63,130 nucleotides of DNA, filler included, from Rhabdomonas costata (GCA_019059605.1; 22 parts of 22 records of this genome joined end to end with filler, not necessarily neighbours in it); one strand, 5' to 3'. Shown: positions 14,013-28,500, counted from the whole stretch's first letter. The notes: generated by a model not told the origin, from the sequence alone. Made by a program: numbers and translations.

Positions 14013-17000
14013 CTTTCTCTTGCGAAAAAGCATCATCATGGGAGGTGCACTCCCCTTCCTTCCTTGCTTTCCCCACAAACGATAAAAGACAAACCGGCGA
14101 TAAAACCAAAACGAAGGGCCAATGAAGCAAGGAGGGGGAGAGAAGAGGAACAAATCCTATTCGGAAAGGAATACCAATTGAAGAAAAGAAAAGAAAGTGC
14201 AATGCACAGTTTTTCCGATGGGCCCATACGATAACGCGAGCGCCGGAAAAGCGTGCACAGCCGGCACTCCGTATATCTTGCGGAGCTCACAAACACANNN
14301 NNNNNNNNNNNNNNNNNNNNNNNNNNNNNNNNNNNNNNNNNTTAATTAATTAANNNNNNNNNNNNNNNNNNNNNNNNNNNNNNNNNNNNNNNNNNNNCAA
14401 CTCGGTCTTATGTCTTGGAGTTCCTTCCCTATGAAGCCACGGCTGTTGGAAACCTTGGCAAGCGACAATCATTGACCATTTCCTGGGTGGGTGAAATAAA
14501 CGTGTTCATGAGATATGTGCTTCCACTCTGTTTGTTGCTTGTTCCATCTTCCTTTGCCTTCATTCCAGTGTTTTGTGCACCGGACAACGGACGCCTGAAT
14601 ATGGATGTCCTTCGTGGGGTTCAAAACAGCAATGACCACGTGAACTCTGGTGGTCGGAAAAAAGAGGCAGGGGAAACGTTAAAAAGGGTGAGGATTGCCC
14701 GCCCCCTCGGCTGCATTTAACTGTGCCTTTCCGCCCTTCACCTCACCCCTCCTTCTTTTTTGTTGTTGTAGCCAAGGGCACCGCTCCAGCCGGTAGCCGT
14801 TGCTGGCCTTTCACCCGCTTCTGAAAACACTTCCGCTCTCCAATCGTCTCCACCGGGGACGCAGGTCGAGTCCCCGAGCGCCCGGGTTCGTTTCTCGGAG
14901 TGTGTCGCTGTGATAGAGCCCCACGCAGTTGTCAAGACTGCTGTGAGCCCCAGGTCCTCGCTCTTTGTCTCTTGAATGCCTTCCATTTTCAGACATGAAT
15001 TTGGTGTCCTGAAATCTGTCATGGTCAGGGTGCTCCTGCGGCATTTTGGGGCTTGGACTCTTTCGTAGGTGATGATTTTTTTCCGCACCACCACCACCAT
15101 CTTGTGTTTTTCAACTTTTGTATGCAATGCACGTATACCCCCTATGTGGCCAATAACTCATGGAAATTTATTAAGGTACTAACAACCCGAACAGAACGTG
15201 AACCTGTCTGATCCGGTGGTCGAAGCAAATTGCAAAGTATAACATCCACTTCTGAAGGTTCGCTGTGTAGCCGTGACTGGAATTATCCACACCATTCAGG
15301 TGACGTGAGTCGGGAAAGGGTGTTCATAAGCTTTGCCAGGCGCAGGGGGGTCAGGTTTCCTGAGTTTGAGCGTTCAGTTTTTTTTCTATGTTGAATTCCA
15401 GCAGTGTTGTAGAATTTATACCAAAGAAAGCGAAGAATGAATATGAAAGTGCTCGATTTGCACATTTGTCACTGCAATGGACATACCTCATCTTTGTGAG
15501 GATTGCTGGGACAGCAGGTGGCCTGTTTTTGCAGGAATTCTTTGGCTAGAGCAGCTCTCAGCTGCGCCCGGATGCACTCCTCTATTTTTGGTAACACTGT
15601 ATCTAGATTTCTTGGCTGCTCTTTCCACGTACTTCGTCTGCTTTCGTTGGCTCTGTTTTTGCTTCCCGCTTACTGACCAGTGCTTTTCTTTCACCACTTT
15701 TCCGCGTGCATGGGTGCCTTCATGGAAATACCCATTTCTGGGGCTCTTTTGCGGAAACTCCATTGTCCACGCCAGTTCTCAGAATTGCCCCAAAAGTACT
15801 CCGGATCAGACTATCCCGTCATCGTATCAATTATAGTCTCCGTCCTCGCTCTCCGTACCCATCACCCCCACCCCTTGAACCCTTAAGGGAAGATTTTTAA
15901 AGGAGTTTTCTATTTCAAGTTCAAACAACCATTTCGCCGCCGGAAGGTTGCTTTGCGGAGACTGCGGGGTCGCTTCCTGCAGCCTACGCGTTGGAAATGT
16001 AATTTCGATCCTGCCTGCCGTGTAACATTCCGTGTACCGATCCTTTTTGGAATTGGCCGCAACAGACTGCCTGCATCGTTCTGACTTTGCCCAGAGATGG
16101 GTGTTCCGCGTTGCCCCTGGATTGTTTTATTCCCCTCTCCGCGTGCGCTCTACTCTTATCTTAGTGTGGTAAGTCCACACCCCTCCATCATGCGTGTGAG
16201 GCCGTACTAGGCTTTTTGCTTTCGCCAAAACAGCGGGATACATTGGTGTGACTGTGACTGTGTGTTTTTACACTAGCATCTGTGCGGGCGTGTGCGGTTC
16301 CCCCATGGGCCTCCACGCCGCAGGATTGTTTGTTTTCGGGGAGAAGGGAGGAAGGGTGTGCAGGGTTGCGCATAATTGCACCCAGTTCTCTGCTTTGTCA
16401 CGGTTGCGTTCTAGCCACAACCTCTTTTTGTGAAACTGACGTGCACATGCACCTGCTCGATCTTCGTTGTTGTGGCTTGCGATTTTGGACCTGTGGGGAA
16501 GGGGAAGAGGAATTGCTGTGAAAGCTTGCTATGTTTTTCCAATTGGGCTTCGTGGAGTCGGCCCAACTCGCGTGACACCTTCCAGGAGCTGTGAGTATCG
16601 CTCATCTTCCGTGACTGAAATCACCACTTGCGAAATTAGTATTCGTCTCATAGTTGGCCAGGTCCAAGACCGACATTACCTTCTGCATTGAGAAGCGGAG
16701 TCGAGCCGAAACTGTTTCTGCTATCCCCAGTAGACTGAATGTGTGCCTGCTTTGAGGTTTTCGGACAAAAATAGTGATTTATGCACTGAAACATTCTGCG
16801 CGAATCTTTGATTCTGGACGTGCGGCCTGCATTGTACTCTCATATGTTTTTTCATTTCATTGTAGACTGTGTTGGTGAACTTGCCTTCCCCAGCGCTCGG
16901 ATCCATGTGCAGTGTGCTCTCCTTGCTAACGCCCAAAGAGCTTCAGGCTTTGCACAGGCTGGCCGCGGCTTCCATCATGGCAGCGTCTCCTGCGCTACGG

Positions 17001-20000
17001 TCCCTCGTCCCGTCCCCATCCCTCGCTTTTTGGAGCCGGATCTCTGGGATTCTGACGTTCTGGTGTTTCGTCGCGTCTTATCCTTGCCTCAAGGACGTCC
17101 TCCAGGAGGCATATTCAGCGCGATTGACGTTGGGGAGTAGCAATAACGCTTCAGGCCACGTTCCAACCCCCCCCNNNNNNNNNNNNNNNNNNNNNNNNNN
17201 NNNNNNNNNNNNNNNNNNTTAATTAATTAANNNNNNNNNNNNNNNNNNNNNNNNNNNNNNNNNNNNNNNNNNNNATTGAACACCCCCCTCCCCCCCCTAA
17301 TTTTCAATGTTGAATTTTCTTCCCAAGCAATTCAACATTGATTCCTGGGGGGGGGAGGGGGTAAAAACCTTGCTGTGTTCAAAGTATTTTGGAAAACGTT
17401 GCGGGTAGTTTTTTGCTTGGAGAGCATAAACATCAGAAAAGACTAAGAATTCTGAGAATTGGTTCTGAGTTTACGATGTAACGTACTTTTAATCGTAGGC
17501 TCCGCCGTAAGCGGAGACTTTTTGTCACCTGGACACAGCTCAGGTTCTTGGTCTAAGCCTTGGTTCTGTGCCGTGTTCCCAACAGGATATTGGGGTGGGG
17601 CAACCTTCCGACAACACATCTTTGTTTGCCAAGCACAACAGGCAACTGGGAGTTATGCACCTCTCCTGAAAGAACCCATCCGAGACCAGCGACAGGAATG
17701 TGAGGCGAAAAGTCTTCAGATCGGAATACCACAGACGAATCTCGTAGTTTCCGGGTGGAGCTAACCTTTTAAACATTCAACATTTACTAGCATGTCAGAT
17801 TTCACTTCTACACTTCTGTACTGACTCTTTAAGGTGTACCCTCTCCTCGAGCTCCCTTTTTCCCTTTTGGCAGGCATGCACCATTGGCATATCCAGGCAC
17901 TGTATTTGGCATCAGCCAAGTGATAGTAGACGGCACCCTCTGCTGTGTTTCGTATAACTCACGTTTTTTCCTCGGATATTTTTGTCGCTTCGCGTCGGGG
18001 ATGAAGAGAAGGGGTTTGAAGATCAGTGACGTTGGTTTCTCTATTGTTTTCAGGGTGGGCGAAGGCAGGCCAAACCTCGCGCTGGAGCTGGTTCTGTCCG
18101 TGTCTCTGTGATCGCCGCTCTGTGTGTCTGTATTTGCGCTGCGCAATCCTTTAAAAGCTCTCAGGTCAGTGGTCGCCGCAAATTCTCCTGGAGCCTGAGC
18201 ATGTGAAAGTAAGTTTGAGAATACTGATCGGTCCCCCAGGACAACGAAAGAACACCTCCAAAACCCTATTCTTGGAACGGGCGGAAACCAAGCGTTCTGC
18301 AGCGTCGTGCCCTTTGATCCGTTCAGGTACCCGTGGTGCGTCGCATCTGCCATCCAACGCGGAGGTCTGCTCCCTCTCTCTCTCTCCCCAACCTCCCCTC
18401 TCATTTAGGAGCAGTGCGGTGCAGTGCTTTTTTGGGGCTTCCTTATCCGTCTCGTCTGCGGGTGTAAACCTCTGTCTAACTCGGCGTTGACCGGTTGGTG
18501 ATTCCTTCGTCTACTGAGCTGCCCCGGAGAGTATTCATAAACCTTTTTGGTGCCTCGCTTGCTGATGCACGGATTCTATGTTTCCAACCATTCTCCGCGT
18601 AATTTAAATGCCTTTTATCTAAGGCACTGACACTTCTCTTTTGGGTGGCGTATGCACCGCTTTGCGTTCGTTGTGCGGGATGTTGTTGCAAGGGTTGCTT
18701 CGGTGGGCTTCATTCGGTGGTTTTTCTCTCAGCGTGAGCCGCGGGACAACGGCGACAGCGAGGGAAGGTGCTGTGCAAAGCCCGCTCCCCCCTCCCCGCC
18801 TCTCGTGCTGCTGCCGCCCCTCTCATTTTGGAATCTCTGAAACTTTGGGGTGTGCTCCCAGGCAAAAGTGAGGGAGGTGCGCTCAGCAGGGTCTCATACT
18901 GATGCAGGGATCTGAGGTAACCTATTTCTCCGCGCAGCCATGTGTATTCTACGCTGAAAAATACACGATACATGCAAACGAATTGGATTTCTTTGGTGTG
19001 TGGACGATTGAAAGATTGGTGTTCGCACTGCCCCTGCTTGCCACCACCTTGCGCGCTCTCAGCCAGTACTTAATCCGGGATGACGAGGACGAGGTCATGG
19101 AATGAATGGGCTTCCTGGGGCACGAGAGGACTGCAGGGGGTGTCCTTCGACACACTGTTGTATCATAATTGCGCGACAGAACCTGTCCATCGATTTTTGT
19201 TTCCAGAGTCGCAGGGGAACGATTTGTACATTTGTACATTTGTTTTTAGAGCACTATGGCGACGAAGGATACTGTGGAGTGCACGTGCCCTGAGCTTTCT
19301 TTTCGTCTTGGTAAAGGACAGGTGGGGTCCAGAAAAGAGATGCAGTGGTTGATGTTTTATTCTTTGACTTAGGGACAGTTGTGTTTGTGTATGTTTGTAC
19401 GATGTAAAGACAGAAAAGAAACGCACACACACACGTGAAGGAGAGCGATGATGGAAAGAATAGAAAAGCTGCCCCTAACCTACGACGCGCGCAGGCTGAG
19501 TGCTCTCACGGAGGGTCCTGTAGCTCTGTTGTCAGACGTGAGTTGCCGGCTCACGAGACAGGCCAAGACCCGCCTGCCAGGCTTCCCAGGCTTATGACCA
19601 AAAACGCGCGAACGAAATTGTGTCCTCTTTAACCGGCGCCCAACACTGGGGCGAGAAACCCTTATCGGGGTGTGGTGCATGCTTTAGGCACGCCCACTCC
19701 ACTCCCACCACAGAATGCAGGGAAGAAGTGCAAACAACCGCCCATCCTGCGGCGGCACACGCTCAACGCACCCCTGGGCACCACTCGGGCGGCCACGAGA
19801 ACCACCACACGTCAACCCAGAGCGTTGCTGGTGAGGACACAAGCCATGACCGGCAGGAATGCAACTCACCCAAAACACACGCAACCACAATCCGCTCATC
19901 AGCAGAAAAGGCCCGTAGGCTGAGGCCGCCTGAGACAAACTGTTCTGCCAGAATTAGGGAGCGAACTTGGGAGCGTGCATGGACTGTGGTTCTCATAGTC

Positions 20001-20194
20001 CCAAGGTGGAACCCTTCGTGTGCTAAAACCCTAAACTCGATCGAAAAAAAAATNNNNNNNNNNNNNNNNNNNNNNNNNNNNNNNNNNNNNNNNNNNNTTA
20101 ATTAATTAANNNNNNNNNNNNNNNNNNNNNNNNNNNNNNNNNNNNNNNNNNNNTGTGTGGGGGAGATTCTTTTCGGGAGGACGGGGGTGTTCAC

Positions 20195-21816
20195 CTCACG
20201 GATGTCGCAGTCGGACGCGGGAGCGCGGCACGCAGTTCCGACGGCCTGAACGGCATCCATGGGACAGCTAGTGTTGGTCCCGTCGCACGTCTCCGCGATG
20301 TCGCACAGCCCGGCGGCCGCGCGGCAGACAAACGTGGAGCCTCGCCGGGCGTCCACTCCGCAGAACGGGCCCGAGCCGGAGCAGGCATCGGGTACGTCAC
20401 ACACGTCCACCGCCGCGCGGCACAGCGTGCCTGTGGGCTGGAAGGTGTCAGCGGGGCAGCTGCTGGACTGACCTGTACAGTACTCGGGGGTGTCGCAGAT
20501 CCCGGCTGAGGGACGGCAGACGGTGAGGTTGGATAGCACCACGCCATCCACAGGGCATGCCGCCGAGATGCCACTGCAGGTCTGAGGAAGAGGGAAGACC
20601 AGCGAGCACAAACCCATTTCCACATCATCGACACAGCCACAGAATCCAGGGAACGGTTCTACGCGCGCGCGAGTTTTCTGCACCAACAAAGTCGAAACGT
20701 GCAGGAACTCGTTTAAGAGAAAGGGATGGTCCCCAAATCTGACCTCTTGAAAATTTAAAAAACGAGAAGCACACATCCGACAATCCAGGGGGAATCATGA
20801 ATCCCCCTCCACTCAATACCCCCCAAAATCAAACCGTGAGTCCAAACGGTCTTGCTTTCCTCTTTTAGCACTGCTCAAGCGAAAAGGGCCACCATTGAGC
20901 TGTGAACCCCAACAGAGCAGCTGGACCAGGCACCAGCTAGGGGGGGGGGGCAGCGAGTTCTTGTGGAAAAACCTGTGAACGTGGATGCTGGCAAGGAGAA
21001 GCTTATCGTTGACGAAAGTACCAGAGAAGTACCGAAGAAAGGTCTGAGGTGGGTCTGGGGGTAGGGGAGAGCTTGCCCACACCTCAGCTGCGTCGCACAC
21101 GTCTGCCGGGACTCGGCAAACCGTGTTACTCGGGGCATAGGTGTCCGTTGGGCACAGAGCGTTGCTGCCGTCGCAAATCTCCGCAATGTCGCAGTCGTCC
21201 GCCTTTGCGCGACACTCCACGGAGGAGTTGCTCAAAACGTCCAACGGGCAGAAGAAGCTGTGCCCATCGCACACCTCCGCAGGATCGCACTCGCCCGCCG
21301 AAGCTCTGCAAAAACAGCACAGGATAGAAAGAAACGAAGGCAGGCGGGGTGGAAGGCCACAGGCGCGGGCACGAGGGATTTGCCCCGTTGTCCTTGCAAA
21401 AGGCGGGGTACCCCCCCCCTTTTTTTTGCTTTGGCTACGGTTCCAGCCTTTCTCCTTTCTTTCGTCAGCGAAACAAAAAACTGCACATGATGCAAAAAAA
21501 AAGCTGCGGGGACGAGGTACCCTGCAAACTTCAGCAGGGTTCCAAGCACCAAAGCCACTGTTGCTACCAGGAGGGGAAGCACCAGCAGATGTACCCATTC
21601 CTGCGAGAGAGGGTTCGAAGGGTTCATGCATCAAAGATCGCATACCTGCACACTGATCCTTGAGAAAGCACGGAGTCCGCGGGGCAGGTCGTGGAAGCCC
21701 CGTCGCAAGTCTCTTTCGCGTCGCACAGGGAGACTGCGTCGCGGCACACTTCGCCCTTGGCAAGGACTGTGTCTGATGGGCACTCCCCAGCGCCGTCGCA
21801 GTACTCCGGAGAGTCG
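20195..21816 (-). CDS. Tandem disintegrin-like Cys-repeat protein, partial (exons 21816-21646, 21305-21083, 20581-20195; possible upstream exon near 22540-22675)
   Basis: About 7 repeats of CR-x5-CD-x2-E-x-C-x-G-x4-CP-x-D (e.g. CRASAGECDPAEVCDGHSFFCPLD) joined in frame through GT-AG introns. Confidence 0.85.
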
Positions 21817-21854
21817 CTACACGAAAAAGGTTGAGATGGGATGGGAGCTGACAG

Positions 21855-21907
21855 AGAAGACCATTCACCCAGAAGACCATTCACCCAGAAGACCATTCAC
21901 CATTCAG
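21855..21907. repeat. Short tandem repeat, about 3 x 16 bp (AGAAGACCATTCACCC), intronic
   Basis: Directly visible. Confidence 0.9.
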
Positions 21908-24843
21908 CCAGGCAAATTCACGGTCCACAGGAATCCATCCAGTCGCCAGTGGTTATGGCGCCGGCCCTATTACTCCAGGTGAACGTCATGAGGAAACTGG
22001 CACGTGACGTCATGGGTGCAACCGCGCGCACGCACATACCACACATTGTGCAATTTAGGCAGGGCGTTTCTTTTCTCCCCTTGGGCTCCCATCTTTCGAT
22101 GCGACATGGGCCCATCGGGCCACACACCCTTTTCGGCCCACGGTGCCTTGTCCCACTCTCTTGTTGTCACGTCGTCACGTAGGGTTGGCTCTCCCCATGT
22201 GACCCCCGATCCACAGCGTGCGCGGGGGTCTTGGGAACCCCGAATTCCCAGATACACACACAACCAACCCAGTTTTCTCTTTCACCTTTTTGATCTCTCC
22301 CTTTTTTTCTCGCCTCCCCTCTGTAACGTGATTTAATACTTCTTTCCTCTTGTGTTCACATATCTGTTTTGTTCTTCATCGCGGCTCTGTAACTTACTTG
22401 TTGCCTTCCTGGATAGTATCTTTGTGAAGCGCGCTTCGCTACTGTGCAATATACGCACAGCCGTCGAACACTGAACATCTGTGGATCGGATCCTTTGCAG
22501 AAATGAATTCCCTTTGTTCCCGAGGATGGGACATACCTTGTCCAGCAGGTTGACCCCACCCGTGCCCCCCAAGGACTGCAGCAGCAGCCTCTCGTAGGCC
22601 AGCACTAGCTCTGCACGGGAAGACCCGAACCCCAGCAGGTCATGCAGCAGCGGCAGGTCACACACGTCCAGGTTGCTGCAAAAAAAAAAATACGAGGAAG
22701 AGTGCCACGCGGAAGCAAGGGAGACACCCCCCTCCCCTCCCAGCTCAACGAAGAAACACCCAGAGGGATTGCGTTTGATCAGAGCTTTTCCTGAATGGAA
22801 AATTTCGGACTGTCAGCCCCAAGCAAAAAAGGTATAAAAGGCAGCTGGAGTGGCTGGTAGATTTAGTATGCGTGCACTAGCACGAGTAAGCCCACCAGCT
22901 AAGGCTTCACGACCAGCAGAAACAAAACACNNNNNNNNNNNNNNNNNNNNNNNNNNNNNNNNNNNNNNNNNNNNTTAATTAATTAANNNNNNNNNNNNNN
23001 NNNNNNNNNNNNNNNNNNNNNNNNNNNNNNGTGTTGTTGTGGAGTGCAATAACAGATAACTCACCCATCTCTTCGAGTTTTACGTCTGAAGAAAACTTTT
23101 CCAAATAAACCCATACCATTTTAACTAAAACATCAGGTGAAACGGAAAGGGGCTTCATTCCATTTCCAGAACTTGCTTTTCCGAGATGAAGTTCAGCCTG
23201 CTGGGAAAAAATGAAACGAATAACCTCCGAAGCTCGTCCCCGTAGAGGCGGTAACGTACTTGCCGTACTGCCACGCAATCTTCAGCACTGGTGGTGGAAG
23301 CTGCGGCGAACAATAAAAGCCCGAAATGAAGCGAGAAAGCGGGTGGGAACTTTGGGATTGGTCTTGAGCAAAAGTGAGATGGGCCACCTCTTGTAATGGC
23401 GGCTGTGATGGTGTGTGGGTGGAAGACGAGCTGGAAGACGATGCCTGTGAAAACTCCAACGCATCGTCGTCCGACACCACAATGACGGCCTGACCCTGTG
23501 ACAGCCCTGACAGCGAAAAGGGAGGGGGGGATAAACGGCTGTCACAAGAGCCACCGATTTCGTACGAGCTTCTGCGTGTTGGATCTGCAGACTGGCTTCG
23601 ACCGGAGGAAGCGCTTGCGCGGTGCTCATTTAATGGCAGGTGGCTCCGCAGCAAAGGAAGGACTAGCGGAGCTCCCGTGAGCGATGGAGCGACAGCGCAG
23701 TGACATTGGAAAGCAAGTCATCCCAGTGCAAATGGATTGTCCGGTGTCCTCTCGAATTCCAGCCAGCATCACATTCACAAACAAACAGCTCAAACAATTC
23801 CTCCATCTCACCTCACACTGCAACTGTCAATTTTCCAAACTCCTTTTGGTCCGAAACTCGCATCAGAATACACAAAGGAGGTGGAGGAGGGCGATGGAGG
23901 GGGGACACAAGGGAACCTTCAGAAACAAAGCTAGCCGCGAGCAGGTTCCCGAGATGTCCCATGGCATTCTCCTCGCAAAGGGTCACACTTCCTACAGCGC
24001 CACCTGTGGCGGGGGCAGGATGGGGGCAAACTGCCTTGAGAAGAAAAGATGCCAGATGGCCACTCGCAAACCTCCGCCAAGCATCGCGTCAAACTCAGGG
24101 ACTCCATATGAAAACAGCAGGGAGGAGTTGAAGGCTGATATCTTCGTTCCTTGCGGTGGGGAGCCCGCAGGAAAAGGGGAGGCTCCTTTCTTCTGAAAGG
24201 TACATTTGGACATCCCAATAAAAGGCGTAGCACAAAACCTGAAAAAGTAGTAGAAGAGAAGTCGAAGGAAGAACATCGGAGAGCAGCCATAGGCTTGCTG
24301 CTTGTGGGGTGGCAACTCCACGTTCTGGCTGAGCTGCCGTTGGGCATGTTAGGCACCCGTGGGATATGATGCTGGCTTCTGAAATTACCAAATCCGGCAG
24401 CAGCGAATCCCTGAGCAGCCGCGAAAGCCTCCCTGGCGGTGAGGACAGAAAGCTTTCTGGACTTTCGAATGACCAGTGACACTGGTCATTACAGTTACAC
24501 TGCGCACCTTCCCTTTGAAAAAGATCAATTTCAAATTCACAGTCCCTTCATTAAGCATAGCGTTTGCAATGCACATGCAGGTTGGTGGGCCGAGTAAGCC
24601 CCTATTAAACAAACTCTTAACATATATAGTATAGGGGCAACCAGAAGCACAACCTGAAGAAGGTAAGGAAGCGACACCAAACAACAGTATCCCTAAGGGC
24701 CTACAGCATTCGACCCATGCCACATGCCACGAGTGGGATTTTCAATCACCTGCTTCATTCACCACAGACGCGACGGGGGGCTCTCCAGCGGAGGACCTTC
24801 GGAAGGCTCCTTGACCCCCTTCTCGGGGAATTTTATGTGCGGG

Positions 24844-25782
24844 TTACTTCAGCCACCAATTCCTCCGAGATTTCGCTGAATTCTTCCGCAGTTCAGGTTC
24901 CTCCACCTTCAGATTAGCTTCCTTCATGAAGTCCTCGAACCTCCTTTGCAGCGCCGGATCTTCAGACTTCCTAACTTGCTCAACAACGTGTTGTGCGACA
25001 GACTTCTGCATCCACAGTTTGGCGGAGGCCATCAGTGCCATGACCACAAAGGCCACCTCAAAGTTACTCTCCTCCACCGCAGCAGAGAGCACAGCGTTGT
25101 ATGCGCCTCCAGAGAGAAGAACCCCACCGCGGATGGCAGCCTGGAGGGCTTTGTAAGCTGAAGAGGTGTTGCCTATAGCTGAGTACGTCTTGATAAGAAT
25201 TTCCAGAGTCTGTCGCGGAGACGTGTCGTACCCGAACTGAAAGAAGCACAATAGCCCAGAGAACCGCTGTGATTCGATTCAAAAAGAAGCGTTCATATAT
25301 CTTTATTTTTCACTTTTTAATTTCACAAAACAATCCTCAGCTAATCTTGATTAAGGTGACAACACACACACACACAAACACACACACACCGCGACATTGC
25401 AACATTGCAGACGAAGCAGGCCAAATCGAGCAACACAACTCTATTTTCATTGGAGTCAAATTTTCTCGAAGGAGACGGTGAGTGGTGACGAACAATCAGT
25501 GTTCTCTCAGCGTTCTTAGTGAGCCTGCTTCTCCACTTCTGATGTGCAAACAACATACTTCCCTTTCGAAAAAGAAGTTTCATTCTGACTGAGACACATT
25601 ACCTTTTTCATCAGTCGATATGTTTCAAAGACTCCCTCGTAGGCTTCGGCCGCCAAAAAGATTCTCATCAGAGCAAAGAAAATCTTCAGCGAGGGCTTCT
25701 GACCCCTCTTGAAGGCCGCGTCCATGCGTACTGAGCACATGTACGCTATTTGCTGCTTTCTGAAGTGCTTTGGTTTTATACC
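24844..25782 (-). CDS. Pentatricopeptide-repeat (PPR)-like protein, 3' part (exons 25782-25603, 25236-24844)
   Basis: About 35-aa helical repeats: KPSLKIFFALMRIFLAAEAYEGVFETYRLMKK|FG, TLEILIKTYSAIGNTSSAYKALQ, AYNAVLSAAVEESNFEVAFVVMALM. Phase-0 GT-AG intron; TAA stop. Confidence 0.75.
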
Positions 25783-27559
25783 CTGGAAGGAAAGAATGAA
25801 AAAAAAANNNNNNNNNNNNNNNNNNNNNNNNNNNNNNNNNNNNNNNNNNNNTTAATTAATTAANNNNNNNNNNNNNNNNNNNNNNNNNNNNNNNNNNNNN
25901 NNNNNNNGGTTGTGGGGCCCAGGCTTGCCCGGAGAGTCATAACTAATCGCTATATTTACTAGGCGCTCGTGCACCTTTTAAGGTTCATGGGGCGACATAT
26001 GGAGTCCTCAACTCTTATTTTTCTTATTTTTCTTTCTCAACTCTTATCTTGCTTATTCTTCATTTTCAGGTGATGTCGATATGTTTCTGAAGTGCACTGG
26101 GGGAACAGTGTAAAATCAAAAAGATGGGGGCTCAAGCTGACGGTCAGGAAATGACACCGTGCAGATCCTGGCATTACAAGGTATTCTCTTGCATTTCTTG
26201 GGGACCAGATATTGTTCATCGTCCCAGCACAACTTCTGGCCTTCTTTTGAATTATAGCATGACAGAATTCTGGTTCCAATGCGCGCGCGTGCTAGGCGAT
26301 ATATATCGTCATTGATAAAATATCAGAAACAAAATCGATTACAAATCTCTCGCAGCATGACGACCAACCTGGTACCTTCATCCATCATCGTTTACATGAC
26401 GCTTCAGCTGGTTCAACTGTTCATTTATCAAGCCCTTTTCCTGCAGCCACAACGTTGCAAACGCAGACCAACCACGATGAAGAATCAAAACCTAATCCAA
26501 GGAAATATCCCACACGTCATCTTACATTAGACTGAAGAGCCACTGCAGAGACTGCAGATTTGGTGGTGCTGTGTTTCCAGGCACAGCCTCGCCACTCAAT
26601 TTCCCTTCTTCGCGGATCCTGGAAAGAGTGCTGCAGCTGCAGCTGCTGCTGAGACAGTGCGGTGGCCCAACTCTGGGAACGAGGATGGGACTCATCGTGT
26701 CCCAAAGTGAGTACTACCGCCGAAGCAGTTAGGTGAGTACCGCAAAGTCGCTCCCAAACCGCCTCCGAGTAGCCCTCCTGCATCAGCATAGCACCGTGGA
26801 AGGAAAATTCCTGAAACTGCTCCGGTGCGCGGAAGTCCAACACAATGTTCACGGCACCGGCAATGACATTGAAAAGAAAGTTCAATAGGTCCGCGGTGTC
26901 CAGCTCGGCCATCGGTGCCTCTGGAGTATTCCGAGAGCACGAAAGAACGCAGCGCGATGCACAATGGAACGGAAAGCACTCCAAAAAAAAAGCTGTGAGA
27001 AATCGTAACCAAGAAGGGTGTACAAGGCTATCCTAGGTGTCTAGGTCCCCTGCCGGGGCCCGGGGATAATTCACACAACGATAAGTTCTGGGTTGTTTGT
27101 AATAGTGGTCGAAACCACACTTTAACAACCGTCGGTAATTTCAGGCTCTTCTCAACTGGCTGTTTTGACGCTGGAATACCACCGCGTGTGCTCGAAAAAC
27201 ACGAATTTATAAACAGCATCGTAGTGGAAATGAATGAGCAATACCAAGGGAGAGCTTTGATGAGGGAGTGAACGGTCACAAAACGGTGGCAGCAGGAGGA
27301 GGAAAAGAATGGAAGAAGTAATGGCAGATAATGTTGGAGGACGTGGGCGTAGGAGAAAAAGGCTTCAAAAGAGGGGAGATGGGTACAGGTCGGAAGAAGC
27401 ACGTCACCAACCAACTTTTCGCATCAGCAGCAGCAGCATCATTCCCGGACTTTCGACACGGCAGGGGGTATGGAATATGCTTGCTGTGTGCACTTCAGTC
27501 AAATTGAGGAGAGACTAAAATCTGGCGTGACCATGGCAGTCTTGCGGCATACATGTATT

Positions 27560-28500
27560 TTGGACAGCACCCAAGCTGTGAATGTTTTCAATAATTTCGC
27601 CAATTGGGAACGAAAGGAAGACGATCGTTTCAGTGAAACAAAACAGATTGCCATGGGTGCTCCACAGCAAATGACACTCATCCACAGCCACAATCCTCAG
27701 TTCTCCAAACACGTACAACTGTGAAAAGTTATTAGAACAAGCCACATCAGATGCAGGCAGTCTATCCCCTTGCATCAACCCGTAGGTTTGGACATGAATG
27801 GGTGAGTAAGCGTCAAGCGGATTGGCGCCAGTGCACAGTGAATGATCGCAGGTGCTGAAGGAACTCTGGGCTGACAGGGTGCGGAGTGGGGGGAACCCTC
27901 TCCAGGTCCTCGGGCTTCAGCTGCCCAACATACAAGCCCTGGGCATGAGTCAACAGGATCGGCAAACTTTGTAAAGGTGTGCCAAGGTGATGTGAATTCA
28001 ATTTCGAACCTTTCAAAAGCCATGCCAAATGCACATTGCGCGGCCGCAAACATGCAAACAGAGGGGGGGGGTAGTGGTAGAGTGGTCTCAAAACAAAACC
28101 TTCATCAGCGTATAACTGACATCTGTCGCGTGGTAAATCTCGAACCAGTAAGAAGCGTCTCGCTGGACCGCTTGCAGGGGAGCAGTTCCTCCAGGATGGG
28201 AGGTGCGCATGAACTGAAGCAACAAACACAATGCCAATAGAAGCAAGTGGCGAAAAGTTTTAAATAGCCTGCCAAAATCGAATCTGAGTGCTGAGTGCTG
28301 CAACAACCTTTGTGAGATCGTATACCCCACCGTCGATGAGGCACCAAAAGTCGTCATCCATCTGGTGCTGCATCCATTCCTGCACAGAGCGCGCATTTGT
28401 GTGCGCAGGTTTCCTGAACCAGATAAGTTGACTTGTTCAGCACAACTGAGGGACGCAAAAGTTTCTTGACCTAGGATTCGAACGAGTAAAGAACGGTTCA
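27560..28500 (-). mobile_element. Decayed hAT-like transposase remnant
   Basis: Frameshifted motifs in hAT order: CSTRW, LEELLPC, RF...FADP, then FGELRIVA / SVICCGA...SLKR...RSQL, which resembles the hAT C-terminal dimerisation domain. Confidence 0.45.

Noticed and set aside
17275-17365. Imperfect hairpin with C-run/G-run arms
   Set aside because: At a contig start and low complexity; it cannot be separated from an artefact or a small MITE end.
27660-27720. IVAVDECHLL as a RecQ/DEAH helicase motif II
   Set aside because: No other helicase motifs are nearby; the surrounding frames fit a decayed hAT C-terminus better.
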